64,000 nt of DNA from Asterias rubens (Eukaryota), in the NCBI RefSeq assembly GCF_902459465.1, contig NC_047079.1:8804001-8868000 (forward strand), written 5' to 3'. Shown here piece by piece: positions 12,701 to 24,700 of this stretch (the first letter of the stretch is position 1; every line of letters starts with the position of its first letter). A program made the translations under genes and the position numbers. The notes under the pieces are model-generated. The model saw nothing but the letters and a program-made list of their open reading frames with translations, did no database searches and was not told the DNA's origin.

Positions 12701-15700
12701 CGAAATGATCGATACTAAAATATTAATAATAATAACACTATGGAAACAAATTAATTTGATGGATAAGTATTCTGTTACCGATGCAACAAAGACATCTCCA
12801 ATCTGATCTGATGAGTCCCAGTTCTTGACTCGGCTGGATAGAGCGATCTGGAACATGAGATGACACTGGTAGATGCCTCGTACTCGGTAGAAGATCATTC
12901 GAACCTTCTCCTTCTCAAGTAGCGGTGGGTTACTGTCCAACAGAGGTTTCTCATAGGCCTACGGCGGGAAAATAAAATCTTAAAGGCAAAGTATACCTCA
13001 AAAGCACTGGACACTATTGGTATAAACTTACTTGGTAACAAGCAATGGAGAGCTGTTGATAGTATAAAACATTGTGAGAAACGGCTCTCTCTGAAGTAAC
13101 GTAGTTTTTGGAAAAAGTGGTAATTTTTCATATCATTAATTTCTGGTAGTGAAACCAAGGATGTCTCAATAATGAACTTAATCACTGTAGCTTGCAAGCC
13201 TCAGGAAACCTGGAAAGGGTGCTTACTATTTATACAAAGAAATACAAGGGTTAATCCCTACTCTTCAATGAAAGTGTTGTGGGTTCTTATACGGGCACTA
13301 TCGATACTACAGTTTAGTATCCTTTTTTTATCATATATACAAAAAGAGCCTGAAAAATCTAGCAATGATCACCAGCTTTCACAACCAGCAAAAAAAAGGG
13401 CTTCCAAGAATAACATCTTTTTTTATAAATTGTTGGGGAGAAAAGGTTAAACCAACCTGGATAAGTCTCTGAAGGGAGAGCATGTATGATCGTTCGCTGT
13501 CGATGATCGATTGGACAACGTGCCTCCGCACCACCTCCTCCGTCGTCAATCCCTTGGGTTGGGGAGGCAAGGCGGGTGGCGGGTGCTTGACCTGCGACAA
13601 CTTTACATCGATGTAGTGGATATCGTCTTTGTCTGCGAAATGATCAGCGAGAATAGCAGGGATGAGAATTTTTGAAATTCTTCCCAAAAACTAAGCCTTC
13701 GACCCAGTTTCACAGAGCTGCTATTTGAACAAAAAGAACTAAGCACAAAAAAATTATGAGCAATGAGCAAATTCCTTCCCAAAAATAAGCCACTTGCTAA
13801 GCACATTATTGCCTTGTATCGCTTAGCAGGATCAGGTGACCAGCAAAAATTACATTAACTTTGCACTGTTGTGGCTCGTGCCCCACTCAATTTTTGCTAA
13901 GCAAACAAAATTGTCAAGCAGTATTTTCTACGTACAGGCTTCATGAAATTTGGCACTGGTTTCGCTGTCACTGTTACTCACATCACATGTACGTTTGTCA
14001 CGTTCTTAAGACAATTTCTACTGTACATTCGAATGTGAAAGAAACAGGAGTTTTTTTTCTTAACTGTTTTACAAAGATCCTGAGAAAGTCTGTGCCCACT
14101 CAACATTCCCCAGTGGGGTTGTGATAAGTGGTCGTCTGCAAATGTTGTCAGTAATGACTGATGACGGAATGCAAAGGTGGCATTCAAACTGAGTTAAGTT
14201 TGCCAGCACTATTAGTACCCATGGGGTTCTGATGGATGTGGGTCTTTTTTTCTTTAAAGACACTGGACACTAGTGGTAATTACTCAAAATAATTGTTAGC
14301 ATAAAAACTTACTTGGTAACAAGCAATGGAGAGCTATTAATACTATAAACATTGGGAGAAACGGCTCCCTCTGAAGTGACATATTTCATGAGAAAGAGGT
14401 AATTTCTCACTCAAATATTAAAAGGCTTTAAAGCATTTTCAAGCATCTGCTGAAATTACACAAATTTGTGCAACTATGGGTGTTTTTTCTTTCATTATTC
14501 TATTGCAACTTCGATGACCAATTGGGTTCAAATTTTCTCAGGTTTGTTATCTTATAATGCATATGTTGGGATACACCAAATGAGAATACTGGCCTTTGAC
14601 AATTACCAAAATGTCCAGTGCCTTTAAAGGAAGGCAGTTGTAAGCGTTTACTGGCTCAATGCAAACACTTTTTTCGAAAACACAGTCGGTTGAGAATAAA
14701 ACCAATACTGCTCCGGTGAAATTGATTACAGTCAGTCCTCTACTGTTGGTTTAGGGCCACACCAATAGACAGTTGATGGTGTTTTTAGAGTACAGGTAGG
14801 CCATGTCCAAATTAGTGGCTACAGCTACGGCTACAGCTACGGCTAAAGCTAGGTTTCTGGGTCATTTCCTACTAACCCATAAAACATGCTTGACAGAACC
14901 ACAGAATTCCCAGCTTCTGCAAGCCGCCGATTCTTTGCTTATAGTAGGCAGATGAAATTGGGCCCAGATAACAAATATCGACGATGCAGAATTCCTGAAG
15001 CAACCCTGACGCCTTACCTTCATCCATATCCTCCTTCTCCTCTTCTTTAGGTCCTGCGTTTCGTCCGAACAGGAAGTTTCTGACTTTGTCCAGATTGCTT
15101 CTCCCCTTGTACTCTTTCAGCTAGACACAAAGAATAATAATTGCATATAATTATGTAAGGATACTTGATTTGCTCAGGTTATTTCAATTAGAAGCAGGTG
15201 TTTATGATGCAGGGATGTGATAGGCTGTTGAGAAAAAAAGAAGAACTCTGAGCGCAAAGTGCGAAAGCAAGCAGGCTGGAAAACTTGCAAGCATGAATGC
15301 CAATATTTACATTTATTTTTGGTTTTAAAAGTCCTACTCTGCATTACGATATGGTAATATTATCTCCATTTCTTTCAGCATTTGATCTTTAAAAAAAGCC
15401 ATACCCTCCCTTTAAATTTACTAATGAAAAAATTAAAGGTTTACAAAAAAAACCTAACATAACCTTTTCAAAACCTGCCATGCTGTAGTATCACTTTCCA
15501 ACCCAACCCTACCCAGGTTAAAAATATCCACATTATTCTTACCCTGAACTCATCAGGCTAGAATAAACAATAGGCCAGACAACCTGATCATCCCCCCTAA
15601 GGGATGAGAAGCGAACCCCCCCCCCCCTCCTCCACCCCTCTCTTCCTTTCGCAAATGTCTTACGCTCCGAGAGTTTGGTGATCACTCCCAACACCATCTC

Positions 15701-18700
15701 ATCCCTGGCCTTAAATAAAAATAACTTGTTTAGCGTCCTGCCTTTTTAGAAAAAAAAGGAGCCTTTTAGTTTTGGGTAAATTTTTTCAAAAGGGCTGCAC
15801 AACACAATTTTGAAGAGAACCGGCTGTATTTTTCAAAATTTACTTTCCTTAATACTTGTAGTGTATCCTACATTTTTTCATAAAAAACAGAAACAAAAAG
15901 AAAGAAAGGAGGCAGCCCCTAAAAAGGACTGAGTTGCTAAAAAAGGAAGCGAGACGCTAACCTTTTTTGCCTAACAGTGCCCTTCGTTTCTAGCCGCCAT
16001 GCAGGGATAATGCAAAGAAGTATCTTGCGTCACAAAGTGAATAGCGAATGAGGTACGCAACATGCGTGCATAGTTGACGGGTTTCATTGACACTAATGTG
16101 ATGAGTAGCTACAACATTGCATACGCATGGCTAATGAAAAGAGCCTCCATAAAACCAACAAACCCCGTCACAACGTTTAAATATTCATAATTTGCCCCTT
16201 ATTACTGACATCTGCTTTGCCCGGGGTGTTCGCAACCCCATCTTCCATCACAAACCATCCTGTGTAGGCGTCAGACTTGATACTTGAAGCGATTGCCTCC
16301 ATGCCACATGGTGATTGCCTAGGTGCCCTTGAAATGGTCTACAGTAGAAATTTACAATTTCCTCATACACATATAGGATGCCCTTTACCAAGGAGAAAAG
16401 AAAATGCCTTGGTGTCTTTGCCCTTACAAAAAGTGAAGCATACAGGCCTAAGGCATTGTCTTTTTTGAAAGAGGATATTCAGAGTCAAAACATCGTGAAC
16501 TCAAGAAACAAAAAAGAAAATCTACTCTGCGGCAGTAGAATATCGCAAGACAGTTCTAAAGAACAAACTCTACCTGGTGTTACCGCAAACCAAATATAAA
16601 TAAACAAATAAAAATTACAAAAAATTATATCCTTACCTCTCACATAAAACCAATTGACAAAGAAAAAACAAACTGTAACAGAACACAAACATTCACTGCG
16701 GATCTAAGATGTTTCTTACAACAAAACAATTTTTGGACAAGAAAAACAACCCAAAAAACAAAGGGGATGTATTGAAAGCATATTCGCAGGAAAAAAAATG
16801 GCTGTGTATTTTATTTGTTTGAAACATTTTTTTTTTTTTGCATGCTTCTTGGGAACAAGAACTGCTGAATAAAAATACAATCGTGTACCCCAAAAAAAAT
16901 TAGTTAAAAAAATACACAAACGAAAAACCGCAACCCAAAAGCACAACTGTAGGGAAATGCTGTCAGTCAATAGTTTGGCTCAAGACATTAGTGACCCATA
17001 GTGGATTATTCGCTTTGTTGTTTGTAGTAATTAGTAATCGCGCGCCCTCTGTTGGCAATATTTAGCCAACTTGACCAGAAGGTCTTGAGCCAAGACTATT
17101 ACTAATCCACCTTTTATCATGATTAGTAGAACCACTACTCACCCACTCGAGATAAGACTACAGACAGAGGTGCAGGTTGACAGAAGGGGTGACAAACAGT
17201 GTGACAGGTGGGGTGATAGATGGGTGGTGAAAATGCAGGGAAGGAAAAAAAACACAGGGAGAAAATGTAGAAATGAAAAAGATGTAAGTAAAATATGAGA
17301 CAGATAAATTTATATAATCTGGAACCAGGTTAGTGTCAAAGCTGCCGCCCCCTCCTTCTTGTTCTTAATGCACATATTGTACATTAAATGATACTGTAGG
17401 ACCAGCAAAGTGAGCTTAAAGATTAATATGGGCTTTAAAGATTACCCCTTTTAGAGAACAAAATGCCAATAGCGGCCACAAATGGCTGCAAGATTTGACT
17501 AACATTTGTATAGTGTGTACGTGGGACAAACTTGGAAGTTTGCCCAGACATACCATGTAGGCCAGGCCAGGTCACCCCCCCCCCCCTCCTCTGGGCTATT
17601 ATACTACCCTTGTTCTAAACAGTCTTGGTAACATACAATACATACATTGCCAGTAGAACGAGAGCCAACAAAAGTTACTTCAAAGATTAATATAGAAGCA
17701 TTTAGCCGCAACCCCATCAGGAATTCCCCAAATTAATTGATTATTCACAGGTGTATTGCATTTATCTTTTCTGTTGCGAGTACATGTAGAAGGATCGACT
17801 GCAAAGATTTAAATACAGATGGGGCTTTAATGTCAGCCCTAAGCATTAATAAAGAATTTGCATTTGAAAGCAAGCTGGCTTAGGTATGGTAACATATAAT
17901 GTATGTGGCTTTCAATGCATAAATGTATAATTTACATGTATGTGCACTTTGACGATGCAGGCTTGGGCAGGCTTGATACTTCATAGGCAATGAAGGCGAT
18001 TGCCTCCGTGCCCCCTGGACATTACCTTGGTGCAGTATTCTCCAGTAGAAATTTAAAATGTCCTCATAGGGTGCCATTCACCAAAGAAAAAATGCCTAAG
18101 TTGGTGTTTAGTCCCTTGCCCTTTCAAAAACAAAGCATACAGGCCTGAGTCTATGTTCTTTTGTTTGAAACTATTGTTCAAATCCTATAAATGTTGACAT
18201 CTCCATGAATCAGTTGCAGAGACTGAAGATGGCTCATGTGCAATTTTAGACTTCTTACTTTCATTTGTAAGAATTCTGTTGTCTCTTCACATATATTCCT
18301 TTGAGGTATCCATGCTGTCTATTTTTAGAGCACAAAAGCAAGCAACTGTCATTACAATGTTAAAGGCAATGGACACTATTGGTAATTACTCAAAATAATT
18401 GTAAGCATAAAAACTTATTTGGTAACAAACAACGGAGAGCTGTTGAAAGTATAAAACATTGTGAGAAACGGCCCCCTCTGAAGTAAAGTAGTGTTTGAGA
18501 AAGAGCCAATTTCTTACTCAAATATTAAAAGACTTCAGGCCTGAATCCTTTTATTATGCATCTGACATGCTGAAAGCACACACATTTGTGCAACAAGGGT
18601 GTTTTTTCTTTCATTATTCTCTTAAAATTTGGATGACCAATTTAGCCCAAATGTTTACAGGTTTGTTATTTTATGCATCTATGTTGGGATACACCAAGTG

Positions 18701-21700
18701 AGAGTACTGGTCTTTGACAATTACCAAACGTATCCAGTGCCTTTAAATACCAACTGTACTGGTGAAGGATAGCAACTAAGTGTCCTGATAGACAGAGTCC
18801 CCCAGAAGCACCGCATGAACAATAGAGAGATGACAGCCCAGAGGCCTCAGAGGAAATTACAAAATTACAAGAATCCCCAAATGTTTTGGGTTGACTCTCT
18901 CGGGATTTTGTCGAATAAAACCGATTGTGACATTTGTGACAAATGGCAGCATCAGCGGAAATGAAATTGGCTTTTATAATTTATGACTTATCTTAGAGTT
19001 TCATTAGATTGGAATTATTTTATAGATACGAGGACAAATCGCTTGGTAATTACCTTCTAATTAAGCGTTACAGGACTTTGCTTTGTGCAAGTAATCATGG
19101 AAAATCTCAAAATTTGAGGGGTGGAATAGTATTTTGAAATAATATTGAAGAGACAAAAACAAATTTTTTATTTTGTAAAGATGTTTTCCAAAAGTACTTA
19201 GCAAAGACATTCTATGCCAAATCGAAACACATTTCAGACTTTCTTTAATTTTGCTAAAATTGTTACCCAAGTACAGGTGTTTGGGGGTCATGTGGTTTAA
19301 AGGTTGTCACACTGAGTTTTTTTCACAACTTTTAAGTTCTTTATTTCCAACAAGTTTGGAAACTGTTCGAACAGAATTGCAGGGTAAATATCACAGTTTC
19401 TTTAAATCTGCTAAACATTCAAGTATTTGGGGTCATGTGGTTTAAAGGTCGTTGAACTTTGGACCTTGAGTTTTTTTTTAAACAACTTTGAATTTCTTCA
19501 CACACTGGTTTGGGGTTCAAAGAAACATGATTCATACAGTTAATGTTGCAGATTTGACACTGAATGAACCGATTATAAAAACACTGATGCTGCATATATA
19601 ATGTTTGCTTCCTCTAATTCTGTTTTTCCCCCAAAGCAAACTCTGAAAGACGCAGAAGAGTGGTCATAATAACGACCAACGTGAACAGTGAATGGACTGC
19701 CTGTAACAATAAGAAATTACTAAAAGGTCTTCCTCTTAAACAACCAACGTGAACAGTGAATGGACTGCCTGTAACAATAAGAAATTACTAAAAGGTCTTC
19801 CTCTTAATATTTTTTCTGACGGCTGTAATTTTTGCGTTTGATTGACGAAATCCCGAGGGGGGGGGGGGATGGAGTGTAAGTGCTTTCGAGTCTTGAGAAT
19901 GGACTGGAGTTAATGCTTGTGGATCTTTGGATGCGGCATAAAGATGGCATGATTAATACCTTGGGTACATTTTTCGCTGTCTGAGGGAATTCCAAGTTGG
20001 TTGACGCAGAGTCCTATTGACAATCAAGGAAATAAATAAATACAAACTACTGTACAATGTATGTTTACAAGAATTCATCTCCTCAAATCTGACACCGCCA
20101 ACATAGGGCTAGATAGCTCAGTTGGTAGAGCGCCGGCTCATTAATCTGGAGGTCTTTGGTTCGAATCCCACTCTCTAGTTAGTTCTTAGTTCAACCCCAC
20201 AAATCTGAAGCGAGTACATTTATGTCTAAGCAGGAAGAATAATCCTCAATTGGAATAAAAACCTGAGAAACATTTTTGACAGTAATGCTTCTCACATTCA
20301 ATTTTGTGGGGATAACGACTTATTTATTTATATAACCACGTTTATTGAAAAAAAAATGATTCTCAAAACCGAACGCTTCTGTAGTTTGCATTGCTAATTA
20401 CTTAAAAAATGATTACCGAATACTAAACGCAAACCTCCCCTTTAAGCATTTCTTGAAAATTATAATTTGAAGAAATTACTCTGCTACGAAGCTTCAAGTT
20501 TGTGTTTCTTCTGATTTCCCGATGTAGATTCCCCTATTTCTTTCACTTTCTAAAACAATGCATCCAAGTACGTGTTGATGCGATTTTCTGTGAAAAGAAA
20601 ATCCCCACTGAAAGGGAAAGTCTATATTTTTAGATTGAGTAAATTAATTCCAAGGGTTTCCAATTTCATCGAATCAGTGTTCGATTATGTTTGCTTCAGG
20701 GATTTTGTATCAAGATTATTTTGATTGTGGCAATCAAAACAAACAACATTGAATTGTGGGGTTTTTAAATGTTATTTTCTTGACTTTGGGTTTTACTGGA
20801 TACCAACACCAAACCAAAAACTCCAAGGTAAATGCGGTTTGTTTTACAAAAATACATGAAAGTATGGAAATAAATGTGTATTTGAATCGAATTGAAAGGT
20901 AAATCAATGCCTACCTGGGGCTTTTCCTCTTCCCGTCTGTCCATCCCGTACGATGTTACGAGAGAGCGGTTCCTCGTTGACGACCTGTTGTCGACGTTGG
21001 AGGGTCCCTTAGGGAGTGGTGAGTTGGGCTCGATGCAGAAGCTGTGGACCATCTCGCAGTCGCTCTCGTCAGAGTAGCCCTCCCACTCGTCCGATCCCCA
21101 GCTGGAGTCCGAATCCTCCATGAGAAGTTCCTCATCCTCCTCATTGCAATCCAGGAGATCTTCGTAAAGGAGGTCATCGTCAATGAAGAAGCCTGGGTGG
21201 TGATAAGATAGGAGAACTTTTTGGTTTCAAACATTCTATATGATTAATCTTGATTCCCTTTAAGGGCACAGCAGCCGATTTCACGAAACGCTAGAATTAA
21301 TCCTATGTATCTCGTCCGAGGATGGGTCCAATGCGACCTACATGTAACATCTATGGATACAAAACTTATTAAACTCATCCCAAGTCAAAAAATAAATCCT
21401 TAGTTAGGAATAGGAGACTTTCCAACACTAGGCGGCAGCAGACATACCGGGTAAATTTCCATTGTTTACGTAGTTCTGAACATGCGCATAATTCTGAGAA
21501 CAATGGATTTACCCGGTAAGTCTGCTGCCCTCTATCGTCCCAGAAAGTCTCCCATTATTATTATTATTATCATTATTATAATATTTTTTGTTTTTTGGTG
21601 GGGGGGGGGAGTTGCCAATATCCAATAATTAATAAACAATTAATGTGTCCCTATGATCAATTTCTCAAAAACAAATTCTGTACAGATACTGTCTGTACTT

Positions 21701-24700
21701 GACACAAAGCTTGTACTCGCAGTCTGCATAATCGCGTTAATCTCTTGCCTTGCAGACCAAGACATCCTCTTCACAGATGTCGCCATTGTATGATTATCAC
21801 CATGGTAACACCCGAGTATGTTTGCATTAACTGCCCTTCAAATATCTTTGTAAGCGGCATTTTCATTCATTCTGGGTTTTGTTTTGTGGCTTTGTACTGC
21901 TGCGTCCCTGAGTGAATTGGTAACCTTCACTTCAATAGAATGATATTATTGTGGTCAATAGAATGATATTATTGTGGTCAATAGAATGATATTATTGTGG
22001 CTAAATAAAGAAGAATGCTTTGTGTATTACTGTTAATGAATTGTTCACACTCAATGCTAACTCTGCATTCAGGGTCATGCACTATGCAGTGGACTGGATG
22101 CCTTTTTATTTACTCTCCAGCGTAATGACAATTCGAATAAATGTGACATAAATTCATTTCCTGAAATTCTGTTTTTAAGTCATGCATTGATTGTTCTTGA
22201 ATTTTAGTTTCATAAAAGTTTAAATCTTATTGTACTTGTTTATTTTGTGTGTTTAATTATACTTTAATATTTTTTGTGTAAGATTTTGTTTATGTGCAAA
22301 CTGAGGTATTGATTTTCATGCTGGCATGATGAAAGTGAATTAAATTGAATAAATGTAAATACTCATTAAACTTTCCTACGAGGTATATGGAGCTATGTTT
22401 GAAATCAATACGGTTGTTCTTTTTCTGTAATGGTTAACAAGAAGCTATTCTGCAACTGCATCCAATCATACCAGGTCCAGGCCAGGGCTCAATTTCAAAG
22501 AGCTGCTTTAACATACTTAAAGCAGAAAACAAGCCGAGTGTAGGCCTTGTGTGTTGTGTATAGAAAAACAGTCATGTAGCAAGTTTATCCTTTTAAGGCT
22601 AACACAGTTAGCCCGGCTACACATTGTCTAGTAATGCTATGAGCTACTTAAAACCTTGGTTCTGACAATGGCAGCAAGTGCATTTCAGTTAGCCCGGCTA
22701 CACATTGTCTAGTAATGCTATGAGCTACTTAAAACCTTGGTTCTGACAATGGCAGTAAGTGCATTTCAGATTGTCTTTTCCCCACCCAAATGGGACAAAA
22801 AAGCTGACACAATGAGGCTTGATGTTCATTCATACACAACAAGAGAGAGGGCCTGCCAGAGGAATCATCATCAATGTCTACACTCGCCCGTCAATGTATT
22901 CAGAAGTACAACGGTCTGAAACTCAATATCCAAGTATTATATTATACATTTTTGTAGGTTCAACATTCAATGTCAGCGCAGTACGCTGGCCCTTAATTGT
23001 ATAGATGAGCAACCGGGATTAATGTCCGTGCATTTACACAGCTTCTTCATTTCCTACTCCTAATCAACTATTTTATTCCCAGCAAGCGAGGGGGGTTCAG
23101 CCGGCTTTAATTTCCTGCAACGGAATCTCTCACAATGCCCTACGGATTCATGTTCCGACATTTTTTCCATTTTGTTTTACTATATCAGCCAGACAAAAAT
23201 TGACAAGCAATTTTGTTGCTCTTTTTATCCTTGAGCCTGTCAACAAAGCCTATTAGTGGCTATGGATTGATCGTCATGGGAATGGCATTGAAGCAAAGGG
23301 TGCACACATAGCAACACTCATAGCAACTGCCATAGCCTTAGCCAAAAGCTGCAAATTAGACCACTGCCGTGTCTTGCAATCTCATGAAAATGTGGATACA
23401 AATTATTGAGATAATTCTGAAGAAAAACGAATTGGTAAACTTTCAAAAAAGAATCTCGGTTCTGAAAGAAAGACAATGGCATGACTCGAACCTGCAACCT
23501 CCAGATTAACGTACCACTGCTCTACCAATCAAGCAATGTACCCACAAAAGTAAACATTATGAAACTGTTTTGCATTGCATTTATGTTTTCCCATAGTTTT
23601 CCAACCTTGGTTGACAAAAACTAGGGTTGTGACGATGCAATATTACAAGGTCACAGCCCTACGTAGACCGTATAAGACGGTTTCATTTAGAAAGGTCTAC
23701 ATTACAGTCTCGAATAAAGGGATCAATTGTGGAAGTTTGTACCTGTCATGTCAAAATAAGAATCCCAGCGTGATTGATAATTCATGGGTGAGTACAGCGT
23801 GAAAGGCGGTATAATAGTCCATCCTGACAGGAGGCTGTCAAACTCCATCAGGACACGTTGATTCATGCGTCCAACCGACTGGTCCTGCTGCTCCTCCTGA
23901 GAGGGTGAATTGCCCCACACCAGAGTCCGAGGCGGGCTGCATCCTTTTTGGCACGGATCCCCTCCTGAATCTTGCTCATTGTCACCGTTGGACAGTGTCT
24001 CATATGAATCTGCATACATCATCATCATGGCAAATCCCGCAGGGATCCAGGGAAGTGAAATTTGAATAAATCTCCCATTCAATAATTCATGGAGTCCACT
24101 TGGTGTTAGTTTATAATCAAACAGGAAATAATTGGAGTTGTACTGAAGTCAACGACACAACATCAATGTGAACAATTGAAGCGCCATCCTTGGTCTACGT
24201 TTAAATTAACTTTCAGTCTCTTTATAGTTTTTTAATTTCTATGAGCTGCTCAAAGTTTTTCTTGTTCTAGCGAAAAGTTCTCAAAGCTGCCATTATCCAC
24301 TATTGGAAAACTGAGACCCTAAAAAATCCTAACACAAATTGCATCACAGTGAAGCGTTCATGAGATGAATTGAGAGGATCATTCCATGCAAGAAGTACAA
24401 TCTAACTGCCCTACTTCCTTTTAACCTCCAGGTTGTCAAGACAAGGGGTGGATTTCCTCTTTACGCACATCAACCGAATCCTCTGGGGGCAGCAGATTCC
24501 CAAGACTAGACGCTGATAATTGGCAACGGTCAATGAGAACCTTTAGAGTGAGAATACGAGCTAACGCTGGATCGCCGAATCCTAGGCTTGCTGGGTGATG
24601 AAAAGATCAAGAGAAAGCTTGTCACAGTTGCCCCACACGGCATTGAGTTGGCTGATCCTCTATGCATGGATGTCGTCAGATGTCTTGATTTACGCGCTCC

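Noticed and set aside
15155-15222. Strong acceptor at ~15222 with a GTATCCTT downstream
   Set aside because: In-frame stop; the resulting intron to 15120 would be only ~40 nt.
16625-16680. Recursive splice site (gag|gtaagg after a T-rich tract)
   Set aside because: GAG rather than YAG, and the intron is short; no support.
19030-19045. 3-nt microexon AAG (tag|AAG|gtaatt)
   Set aside because: No pyrimidine tract upstream.
20106-20180. Functional tRNA gene
   Set aside because: T-stem and anticodon arm do not pair properly, and a related degenerate copy exists at ~23500; SINE head or pseudogene.
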